Origin: Wickerhamiella versatilis | Lineage: Eukaryota | Length of the DNA: 64,000 nt | Assembly (NCBI GenBank): GCA_030867685.1 | Contig: JAQOWU010000007.1 | Coordinates: forward strand, 62,001-126,000 | Direction of reading: 5' to 3' | In this document: in pieces, positions 45,664 through 55,353 of the stretch | How the letters are laid out: every line of letters starts with the position of its first letter | How positions within the stretch are numbered: the stretch's first letter is position 1 | Translations under genes and position numbers: made by a program | The notes under the pieces: model-generated | Told to the model about the DNA's origin: nothing | What the model saw: the letters and a program-made list of their open reading frames with translations, nothing else | The model's database searches: none

Positions 45664-45954
45664 CGGCGTTAACCTCATAGAATGATTCCAAAGCTTATGG
45701 AACCTTTATAAATGCTCGAGCCTAAGAAAATATTTTGGATCATATGGACAGAGATATATATTATGCGATTAAGCGTCTTACTCCAGCATCTCTACCTCTC
45801 GCCGAAACCTACTGTCTTAGTCATTCCGTCTGTTTCAAATGACTGGCGGTATCCTGCTTTGTCCGACATACCTAAAAATGTATCACTTCGCCCTTAGTTT
45901 GACTAACTAGTATTCGATTATTTCAATTTCTACTTTAGCCATCATTAAGAAACT

Positions 45955-47040
45955 TTAAATATCTTTCAACCATTCCACAATGGTGTCCTGCATAATTTCG
46001 GTATTGTTTCCTGACAGAGTAGAAGAGTGACCACCAGGTAAGTAGGTAAGGCTCAGATTAGGCGTACGTTCTCCAAGTCCAATATTCATGATGTCAGTTT
46101 GAATGGAGTCATTTTCCATTTGCCAAACTTTCACTCTGTCCACTGGTAGATTTTGTCGATACATCTTCCCGCTTAGAATTCCAGGAACTACTCGGTTAAA
46201 GACATACCATTGGTATTTCTGCTCCCCGTGAGCCATGGAATCCTTGTCGTAGTCACCGAAATTGTATATTAATGCCCTGGCAATCTCACTATTCAACACA
46301 TCGGCTAGTGCATTGGCATTTGATGAATTTAAAGCATGCAATCCATCCTGTATCTTCGATTCAATCCAGTTGGGTAAGCCTGTTTCGGCAAGTACTTCAG
46401 GTATAACAGGCACTGCAATTTCTTCTTCGTAACTCAACATAATCCATTGTGAGAGGACCTTTGTCAGGTTCTGTTGGTTAAATACAAGGTTTTTTGTCTG
46501 ATCTATTAAGGCTTGATAGCCTAAATCAAATGATGGCCCTCCAGTGGACATGATAGCAGCAATTCTATGACTGTCAGGATACATAGAACAATGCTCTGAA
46601 GCGATAAATGGACTCCAGGTACCTCCCCATACAATGACTCTTTTGTCGGGGGATACAGCATCAATAACAGCACCCATTTCATTAGCTAGATTTGTGATAC
46701 TATAACCTTCCGGTCCCCATGGGTGGCCGCTTTTTCCAGCTCCCCGCTGATCATAGAGAACTACATGTACGCCCCTTTTAGCGAGTGTCGCTGCAAAGTC
46801 ATTATACTGACTAGCTCCAGGTGGCCATCCGCCTGTAGCTATAACTGTTGGGTCGTCAGGGTTACCATACTCATAGTATGAGATGGGAATATCCTGATAA
46901 TAGACATATTTTAGAGAGTTGGCATCGTGGTATGAACTCGGGACATCAGTTGTAGAGGATCCATAAGGTGCTATCTTAGACGCAACAATACCACCCAAAG
47001 CCCCATGGATGGCAAGCAATAATGAACTTAACCACATCAT
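45955..47040 (-). CDS. Secreted alpha/beta-hydrolase fold protein (epoxide hydrolase/EphD N-domain-like) with atypical catalytic motifs
   Basis: Signal peptide; GNPDDPTV..GGWP, YDQRGAGKS, a GGTWS elbow and LPGGH. Confidence 0.75.
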   Translation of the reverse strand: MMWLSSLLLAIHGALGGIVASKIAPYGSSTTDVPSSYHDANSLKYVYYQDIPISYYEYGNPDDPTVIATGGWPPGASQYNDFAATLAKRGVHVVLYDQRGAGKSGHPWGPEGYSITNLANEMGAVIDAVSPDKRVIVWGGTWSPFIASEHCSMYPDSHRIAAIMSTGGPSFDLGYQALIDQTKNLVFNQQNLTKVLSQWIMLSYEEEIAVPVIPEVLAETGLPNWIESKIQDGLHALNSSNANALADVLNSEIARALIYNFGDYDKDSMAHGEQKYQWYVFNRVVPGILSGKMYRQNLPVDRVKVWQMENDSIQTDIMNIGLGERTPNLSLTYLPGGHSSTLSGNNTEIMQDTIVEWLKDI

Positions 47041-47265
47041 CCAAATTACTAGATCTGTAATTTCATTATATATATTAATTCATATCTATATATACGAAAT
47101 AACGCGAGTATTATATAACGGTATTTGTTAATAACCATAAACATGCATTACAGCTGTTTCTGTAGAGCATCGGAATTGTGTGTTTTTGTGCAATCATGAA
47201 TAGTTATTCATTGATACTATTAGCCAGTTAATTATATGAGACGTTATGCATCCTTGAAATTGCCG

Positions 47266-47282
47266 ATGCAATATAGCCCACT
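47266..47282 (-). repeat. Dispersed element, core plus left arm
   Basis: atgcaatatagcccact. Confidence 0.75.
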
Positions 47283-47794
47283 ACTAGTGTGCGGACCCCC
47301 CAGAAACGCGTACGTCGTTATATCGCATACCACACATGCAGTGAGTGTGAGTTACCTAAGTAAGTGGGGATAGCAAAGCTAGTTGAGGGTATATTGCATA
47401 CACCTATCAGAAAAGATTATTCTAAGTATATTCAGATTTCAGTCACGCCTCTTCTTAGCGCATGGAGCCACTAATATTGATAGCAGGATTAGTAGTCATC
47501 ATTAGAGACATGAAATGCAGAGTGTGCGTATTTTGTTGGAGTTCAAAATTGTCCGATTGATAATTCATCGCTATCAGAATTCAAGCATCACTAGTTAATG
47601 GGGCCCATTCAACAGCAAAAGGCAGGAGAATCCCCTCTTTCATTTGAAGCTGATGTTTTTATAAATTTCACACATTCCGGAGCATATAAAAGCAATACTT
47701 GTCACATTTTTTTCTCCAAGATTTCAAGTCCTTTGGGGTTCGTGATGCGTAAAGATACTATGCTGTTACTAGCGAATACTTAGTAAAATTACAC

Positions 47795-48463
47795 CTATAG
47801 TCTTTTGAGCGATATTGATTTGGCTTCTGGAGCTATTTCAAGATGAAATTCTAGAATTTCCCAATAACTGTACCACCCTTTCACTTTCTGAACACCCTCT
47901 CGATGAGCGCGCCCCTCACCTCCTTTCCTGGCATCTCTCTTGTTTCTCCAGTAGCAAGTTGCAAGATTGCGACCGTGGAGATCCTCTGGCACACCAAACC
48001 AATATTTCAACAAGCCACCACTCTCATTTGCCTCGGCATGGGCGTGTGTGTCGATATCTGCCAATTCTTTCCTGCAGGTTGCTGACTTTCTCACTTCATC
48101 TTTAAGTGAAGAGCAAAAAGCAATCACATATGCTGTTATGCCAGGAAACCTGTAATTAATTTGCAATGAATATTGCTCTACCAGAGCTCTAATCTCTTCA
48201 AGATTAAATATGTCTTCGTACTCGTCAAAAGCATAATTTTTATCCAGTCTTAGAGAAAATGACAGAAGAGCATATGCTACCAGCTGATATGGTCGCTCAA
48301 GTTTACCTAGGTGCAGTAAATTTCTCTTTCCAATGTACGGTGAAGAGACTATTACTTCGACCAAAGGATTGTACTGGTTCCTATATCTATGAACCACAGG
48401 CGTGAGTAAATTATTATCTTCATCAATATGTATAGTTCCCCCTTTTGTCATAATTACTGTCAT
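47795..48463 (-). CDS. UPF0643-like conserved fungal protein
   Basis: AHAEANESGGLLKYWFG, GRNLATCYW and GG.G.AH. Confidence 0.75.
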   Translation of the reverse strand: MTVIMTKGGTIHIDEDNNLLTPVVHRYRNQYNPLVEVIVSSPYIGKRNLLHLGKLERPYQLVAYALLSFSLRLDKNYAFDEYEDIFNLEEIRALVEQYSLQINYRFPGITAYVIAFCSSLKDEVRKSATCRKELADIDTHAHAEANESGGLLKYWFGVPEDLHGRNLATCYWRNKRDARKGGEGRAHREGVQKVKGWYSYWEILEFHLEIAPEAKSISLKRL

Positions 48464-48807
48464 CTGCTAAGAAGGCTCCGTCTTTCCTGTATTAATGAGT
48501 ACATGGGAACAGTATGACGCAATCTAAGCATGTAATCAAGATTTATTGATAAGGTAGTGAGTTATGAGGCTGCCTCATGGAATTTCATCATTGCAGTAAG
48601 AGAATTGAGATACTGCTACTGCTACTTTTTGTTTTTAAATAATTTGAGGACTCTCACACGTCTTGCTTTTTATAGAGGGGTAATGGTCAGCATCTGACGC
48701 AATCGCAATCGACCCTGGTTATATAATCATAAGCCACAAGTGTCACTAATTTTAAGAAACGCCTAGGAATTTGTCTTGAATCCTAAGTACAATAGCCTCC
48801 CGTTGAC

Positions 48808-50364
48808 ATGTTGTTTTTTGAAAAGGCGCCACAAACTACCACCGCCGAAGAGTATACGAGTAGTAGTGAGCAAGACTCTGCCCCAGATGTAGATGGCGAC
48901 ATGATTGGAGTTGTTACGGACGACCTGATCTTCTGCAGAAAGCAATTATTAATTCAAAATGCTATAAATCAAATCGGCTTGAGAGGATTTCACTGGAAAC
49001 TATTTTGCCTAAATGGATTTGGATATGCAGCGGATTCAGCGTTAGTGTCTTGTCAGCTTCTATCTCAAACACAGGTTAACCTCGAATTCAATCGTACGGG
49101 CTCTAATAACCCTATATATGGAGTTAGTACTGCATCGGCAGTTGGTCTACTGGTAGGTGCTATTATTTGGGGAGTTGGCGCTGATTCAATTGGGCTACGG
49201 GTGGCATTCAACAGCTCTCTATTTATTTGTGCTGTATTTGTTATTATTGCAGGAGCTATGCCGACCTTTATTTCCTTCTGTGCCTTGGTAGCTATCTACT
49301 CGACCGGAGCTGGTGGAAACTACATACTCGATGCTACGAACTTCTTAGAGTTCCTGCCGAGATCATATAGCTATCTCACGACAATTTTAGCTTTATGGTG
49401 GGGCGTTGGATACGTAGTGACAGCACTATTGGCTTGGGCGTTTTTCACTAATTACTCGTGTTCTACTTCAGATACGTGCACCTATCATAATAATGAGGGA
49501 TGGCGCTACCTGCACTATACGGTCGGTGGTTTAATGTTCGTTCTTGCTATTCTTCGTATCACGCTAATCCGGTTACCACACACACCGAAGTGGCTAGTTT
49601 CTCAAGGACGCGAGGCAGAGGCTGTTAGAGACCTCAGGAATTTGGGCCACAAATACAATGTTCCCATTTATCTCACAGAACGAGAATTATTAGAGGGCAG
49701 TGAAGAAGGAGCTAAGGAGAAAGACCATCGGTGGTCTGGCAAAAAGGTCCTCAGGCATGTCAGGGGGTTGTATGCGACAAAATATTTGGCATGGACTACC
49801 ACGCTGGTTTTTTTCTTATGGATCTTGATTGGTATATCAAATCCATTGTATAGCGTTTTCTTACCATACTATTTGTCAACTAGAGGTTATCAAGATTCGA
49901 AAGCGTCCCCTAACATTACATGGAGAAATTATGTAATTGAACAGGTTTGTGGGCTGGTCGGTCCTCTTTTGGCTCTACCCCTGATCAATACTAAATACAT
50001 TAAACGTCGTGGTACTCTGGCTATTGGTGCCCTTCTTACCATGGCTTTCCAGTTTGGGTTAACCCAAGTAAAAACCCCCACTCAAAACCTCGCACTAAAC
50101 TCAGTCATTGGAGCCGTATCAAACATATTCTTTGGAGCTCTTTATGGTGTAACTCCAGAGCTTTTCCCCACATCCTCGAGAGCTACTGGATATGGTATAT
50201 CTGTGGCGATCAATCGTATCTGCAATGTGTTGGCTAACGTTATCGGCGGTTATGCAAATATCAAAACTACTGCACCTTTATTCGTTTGTGCCGCACTCAA
50301 TGGGGCGATTGCCCTGGTTTCCGTGCTCATCCCGATAGAACCGGCCGATAAATTTGTTCCTTAG
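48808..50364 (+). CDS. MFS transporter (sugar-porter/SV2-like)
   Basis: Motifs WKLFCLNGFGYAAD, GGNYILD..FLEFLP, GWRY and TPELFPT..RATG. Confidence 0.9.
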   Translation: MLFFEKAPQTTTAEEYTSSSEQDSAPDVDGDMIGVVTDDLIFCRKQLLIQNAINQIGLRGFHWKLFCLNGFGYAADSALVSCQLLSQTQVNLEFNRTGSNNPIYGVSTASAVGLLVGAIIWGVGADSIGLRVAFNSSLFICAVFVIIAGAMPTFISFCALVAIYSTGAGGNYILDATNFLEFLPRSYSYLTTILALWWGVGYVVTALLAWAFFTNYSCSTSDTCTYHNNEGWRYLHYTVGGLMFVLAILRITLIRLPHTPKWLVSQGREAEAVRDLRNLGHKYNVPIYLTERELLEGSEEGAKEKDHRWSGKKVLRHVRGLYATKYLAWTTTLVFFLWILIGISNPLYSVFLPYYLSTRGYQDSKASPNITWRNYVIEQVCGLVGPLLALPLINTKYIKRRGTLAIGALLTMAFQFGLTQVKTPTQNLALNSVIGAVSNIFFGALYGVTPELFPTSSRATGYGISVAINRICNVLANVIGGYANIKTTAPLFVCAALNGAIALVSVLIPIEPADKFVP

Positions 50365-50406
50365 GTTACAGAATGCATGAGAGGATAATCTTAAATACCG
50401 AAGATT

Positions 50407-51195
50407 TTAAGGACTCGTATGCACTATGTATTTTGCAGGACGAGGAAGTTTTTGCCCGTCGACATAAATGTCTACAGTCTCGTTCCAGAAACTCCATCGT
50501 CCTTGGATACGAGCCACTTCTGGTGCAGGGTCTAAATAAGTCCACACGACATTCGGAATCTTCTTACCATTAATTTCTGCATTGAAATATGACGCTACCC
50601 CTTTGTATGCGCAGGCACTACGATATGTGCTGGGGGAAAAATAATGTAGTCCTTGGATATCCACAGTGTTAAAGTAATAGCGCGTTGGGTGGCCATTCTC
50701 ATATAAAAATATTGCATTATTCGTTTCGGCCACTGTTTGTCCTTCTATTACTACTTTGACTGACCGAGAACTCTTCCGCGTATCTAATCCCTTGTAAGGA
50801 CTTCGTGGATGACCAATCACCAACTCGTCATCCTCTAACCATTTCTTTAAACTTTTGAACTCGATAACAATTAGGTCTTTGTAATCAGTATTCTCTGCAG
50901 GAACAAGCCAAGCAGCATTAGAAATTGTTTCTCCTGTATTGAGATGTATATCAAACCACTTTCTATCATCTGTCTGAGGTGCTCCTGCCTCTTTGAGAGC
51001 AGGTATGACATCCTCAGGCGGGAAGGCCCAAAATGGAATCAGCTTAGAACCCTCCCAACCAATAAATACATTCTTCGATTCCACAACCTTGATATCGTCA
51101 GAGGCAAATCCTCGAATCCATCGAGGACTGGGTTCTACATGAAAGCCTTCAATAGGCTTGAAAAGAGTAGCATATGATCTGTAATGATTAGTCAT
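50407..51195 (-). CDS. Tandem DUF427 (NTP_transf_9) domain protein
   Basis: Motifs HPRSPY, LYENGHPTRYY, CAYKGVASY and WTYLDP. Confidence 0.88.
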   Translation of the reverse strand: MTNHYRSYATLFKPIEGFHVEPSPRWIRGFASDDIKVVESKNVFIGWEGSKLIPFWAFPPEDVIPALKEAGAPQTDDRKWFDIHLNTGETISNAAWLVPAENTDYKDLIVIEFKSLKKWLEDDELVIGHPRSPYKGLDTRKSSRSVKVVIEGQTVAETNNAIFLYENGHPTRYYFNTVDIQGLHYFSPSTYRSACAYKGVASYFNAEINGKKIPNVVWTYLDPAPEVARIQGRWSFWNETVDIYVDGQKLPRPAKYIVHTSP

Positions 51196-51429
51196 TGTAT
51201 CTCATATTGCTGCGCATTTCAATACTCCATATATATATATCTTTGGGGAAGGGATCAGCGACATTTCACGTGACACGATTGAGGTCATGAAGTCTCCCGT
51301 AGGATACTATGGGGGGAGGGAGAGGAGTAAGGATGCAATTATCCTAGTCATTTTTCACTTGGATTTTTGCGGTGAGCTATATTAGCACTTTGGAGAAGCG
51401 ATAAGCCCATATAATCAGGAACAGTCATC

Positions 51430-51861
51430 ATGCCGCGTGGCCGCGTTAAACTTACTAGCGATCTGGTCGAAAACTACGGGCGATTCTTACCTCTTAGTGG
51501 TGATCATGTGGTTAAAATATACCCGGCAGAGTGTACTGTAACCGTGAAATCCTTTAATGATGAGGTTCTAGCCCGGTCCTCGGATGCCTTATTGGTAACA
51601 GAGCTACATTTCGTCGATGGCGATCCACCAACCAGAGATTATGGAACAGTGTATTATTTTCCACCAGATAGTATAAATTGGTATTTATTTCGAAAAAGCA
51701 GTACAGTGACATACTCACCTTTCAAAGGGTATGCAATTCACTATTCGATACGCGATGTGCCGGATTTGGCCTAGCAGTATCAACATCCCTACGAACAGGT
51801 AGAAGCACTAAAAGCACTCGTAGCATTTTACAGCCCTGAGGTGTTTATTCATTTAGATTAA
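51430..51861 (+). pseudogene. Single DUF427 protein with an in-frame TAG at 51772-51774
   Basis: VYYFP and SPFKGYA..Y motifs, then DLA*QYQHPYEQVEALKALVAFY. The stop sits where the conserved Trp of the AWxY motif is expected, and the frame stays open to TAA 51861. Confidence 0.8.
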
Positions 51862-51986
51862 GATTGACTGGGCAATGTAATTAAAACTGCGGTCACTGAA
51901 AGTAGATAGTATTTATTTCCTTGACCTCGACAATTCTACCCAATTAACGTGATTTATATATTCTAGCTAAATTTATTTGTACATAA

Positions 51987-52016
51987 GGCTGGTTGGACAA
52001 TGCAAAATAGCCCACT
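51987..52016 (-). repeat. Dispersed element, complete copy
   Basis: ggctggttggacaatgcaaaatagcccact. Confidence 0.93.
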
Positions 52017-52808
52017 TACTCCTGGGTATATTTTCCGAGTAATCTCGAGAACAAGGGGGTATCAACAATTTCGGATGACTGATATTCTCTCTAATTCCCA
52101 TTTTCGTAGTATGACATGCAATGCAATGCAGTGAACATGCTCAATTGCTTTACACCAGCTAGGTCACTCATTGGAGTGCCTGTTACTACTTCAATACTGC
52201 CAATATAAGTGATGTTTCCACCCTTCCCTGGTTTCATTAGCTCGCCTGCATGTTTTGTACCAAAGTATACGCTATCTTGTCGAAGCTCATGCTAGATCAG
52301 ACAGTAGATGGTTGATTCAGGCCGCCTGAGTTGTATAAGATAAGATACTTCCTCGCTATGCCTTCAGGAAGATTATGCAATACATAGAAAGGGCATTACT
52401 ATCACTCCGAATTCATAGCTACTGCTTACACATATCATGCAACCGAAATGAGACAGTTGGGATGGAATTTGCATTATTCAGCGGTATTGTATTATTCAGA
52501 AGTAGCTGAGATGACGCCCATGAGCTTAGTTTCAAGGTCTTTGTTGGGCTAAAACCGGAAGAATTTGGGGATATTATAGAGTGGTAGGCTTTATTTTTTG
52601 ATTGAAATGCTAAAGTCACTTGCTAGGCCGTGATATTGACCAATATCATGGCCATGAAGACGTAATTGTCTGACTATAACAAAGATCGCCGCTCGGAACG
52701 TTGTCGTTTGAGAAGTAATACAGATGTCGATCTGCATACCACCCTAACCTAAACTCCTTCCTTAATAAAACGTCCTTGGACACCCACTTTACACCACCTA
52801 TTCGTATA

Positions 52809-53885
52809 ATGTGGTATTACTCGATAATATGCATGGTTCTACTCGAACGATGCTGCGCGGATATCGTATTTAGCACTCTATCGCCTTATCCGGACCCCAC
52901 CACAGGTGCCGTTACCGTGACCAGCGCACCCACGCCGGTTACAACCTCTTCCGCTTGTGCAGCCCAGTTTCCTATGCCAACCCCAGGAATGGATCTATTG
53001 AATTGGACTGATGCTCAGGGAAAATGGTCATCAAAAGTCGAAGGTAGTACTCTGAATATCGATGTCTGGGCTAATTGTCAACCCCAGTTTAATTTTAACG
53101 ACTTACTTTACGACCTTGGTATTAATGATCTGCCGAATCAGGGGAAGCCTTTTCATGTTGATGGCTTAAGTGAGGAGAAGGCTATATGGTTCACCGAGGC
53201 CGAGAATCGGACAAGTGATGATCCGGTTGTGTTGGCTATTCCCGGTGGCGGATACTATTGGGGTATTTTACCAAGCCATATTGGTGCATATGACAAGCAA
53301 ATTAAGCTGGTTGATAACCCCCGTCTCTCTTGGCTTGTTTTGAATTATACCACCACCAATATTGAGAAATACCCTCAGCAGCTCAAAGAAGCGGTGGCAG
53401 TGTATAATGAGCTTCTGAAGACAACAAATAATATAATAATATTTGCTGACTCTACAGGCGGACATCTCGCGTCTCAGCTCCTTATCCATATGAAGAATCC
53501 GTATGACTTCGCCCCCAAAGTAACTGAGAATGATGCAGTGAAGGGATTAGCATTATCGTCTGGCTACTTTGATTTCGCTAACTTTCTAACTTACGTGTGG
53601 GCATACAATGCTGGTGTTTCTGATCTAAGGTTGTGGTCAACCAGCGTGGTGATACCGGGTCAAATCTGGGGCGTTGACTGGAAAAATGTACTTCCAGATA
53701 GAATATTTTACACTTACGGTCAATTTGAACCCGAGGCTTTGATGCTTGAGGTATCCCTAGGTATCACGAAAATCAATAGCTCTGACATTTACCAACAACC
53801 TGGTGGTCAGCATGATGAGCTTGTAATTAATGCCAACGAAGATCTGGCTCACCGGTTTGCCAACTTTTTCAAATCTTTCGATTGA
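52809..53885 (+). CDS. Secreted Say1-like esterase, paralog of 43626-45548
   Basis: Signal peptide from ATG 52809; PGGGY, ADSTG and GGQHD motifs. Shares PGMDL.NW and LPNQGK.F.VDGL with the paralog. Confidence 0.85.
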   Translation: MWYYSIICMVLLERCCADIVFSTLSPYPDPTTGAVTVTSAPTPVTTSSACAAQFPMPTPGMDLLNWTDAQGKWSSKVEGSTLNIDVWANCQPQFNFNDLLYDLGINDLPNQGKPFHVDGLSEEKAIWFTEAENRTSDDPVVLAIPGGGYYWGILPSHIGAYDKQIKLVDNPRLSWLVLNYTTTNIEKYPQQLKEAVAVYNELLKTTNNIIIFADSTGGHLASQLLIHMKNPYDFAPKVTENDAVKGLALSSGYFDFANFLTYVWAYNAGVSDLRLWSTSVVIPGQIWGVDWKNVLPDRIFYTYGQFEPEALMLEVSLGITKINSSDIYQQPGGQHDELVINANEDLAHRFANFFKSFD

Positions 53886-55353
53886 TTTTATTCAGCTACT
53901 CCTCAACGAGCGTCACTGACCTTTTCAAATAGTAACCAGAAGATTGATAATCCCAATAAGAAATTAGACCATACTGTCTTCCCTAAGTGAAGGGTCTCTA
54001 TCCATGATCTGGCCAATTGAAAGTTTTAGGATCTCAATACTATTTGGAGGGTAGGAGATGGCCCAATTCTTGAAGTATATTGCGTGAAATTTAATGCTTG
54101 ACGCTCTTTAGTATAGTCAAGATATGGGGTACGCCCGTTCAGAAAAACCGAAAGGCGGTTATCAAAATTGCCTCCATTAAATTATTGTCCTCTGAAGGTC
54201 ATCGGAGCATTTTTGATCATTACATATTCCAGAATGACTTTAAGCTTGATATCTTCCAGTTGTAGTTCTGCCGGAATGCCGCAACGTCGGAACTATCCTA
54301 CCCTAGCATGCACGGTCAAGGTGCACCCACGCGTCAGTTTCTCTTGATGTTTTCAATCCCATAATGAAATAACAAAAAGAAAAGTCTGAGTTTATTATAT
54401 GCCAAATTGATCTCTCGGCCATTCGAGATAAAATGGGAGAGGCAGCATGATATCAACAAGGCCTGCAAAGCTTTGAATTACCACCTGTACTAGATTTTTG
54501 AGTTAAAAAAAAACGTAATACAAAGGTTCATCTGCTTTAAAAGCGTAAGTGCATTCTATAAGACACAGTGGTGCATAAAGCACGTAGTGCGCATCTCGGA
54601 TAACTGGGTTAGGTTAGGCATTTTCCGGCAACTGGGTTATATCTCTTGCATATGCAGTATATTTACAAACCACATACACACTATGAGAGAAAGGCAGGGA
54701 AATCCTAGCCTCATCGGATCGCGTGTCACATCTGAAATATGCTGAGTAGAGTCTACGCTATGAACAGAGGATTCTAGGAAGAAGTTGCTTATCGCGTGGC
54801 ATGTGAGAAATAATTGAATATTGCATGGGTTCAGTTGAAGTCTCAGATGTAATAGAGACCTGTTCCGACATTGCAAGATCTGCTGAAAGATGGTTACTTC
54901 GTTAGATGCGATTGAACACGTTTTGCAAATGTGGTAATAAGGCTGTCCCGAGTTTATTATTTTATTATAGTCTGCTCCTGTAATTGGGCTGGTTGATTAT
55001 CGGGGTTAAGGGCTTTCTTGATGCGCTCGCTTGCGAATATATTTCGAGTCTATGGTGTCAAGGCTTTTACTACGACTAGAGTTAAAGCATAGAACCCAAT
55101 ACACACTTGCGCGTTCCCGATGCTATATGTATGTAGTAGCTCAAAACAAAGATCATACTAGGGCATACCAGTCAATAAATTATCCCGCTTGATCTGTGAC
55201 CTCCAAAGAAGCCAAATTTATTTCTCATTCTGAGCATAACTCCGTTTGCGTCGAAATGTTTCACATAAGATGGTCAGATGTGGTGTGAACTTTGCTAATA
55301 CTGGAACCCGCTTATGAAAAAAACAATCTTATATAGCTATCTTGTCCCTATCA

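Noticed and set aside
46968-46980. gtgctatcttag inside a CDS as an element copy
   Set aside because: Only about 8 bp match and there is no right arm, which is expected by chance. The shortest intergenic half-sites carry the same caveat.
52740-54640. Telomere-like snippets (accctaacctaa; gggttaggttagg)
   Set aside because: They are too short and isolated to call interstitial telomeric repeats.
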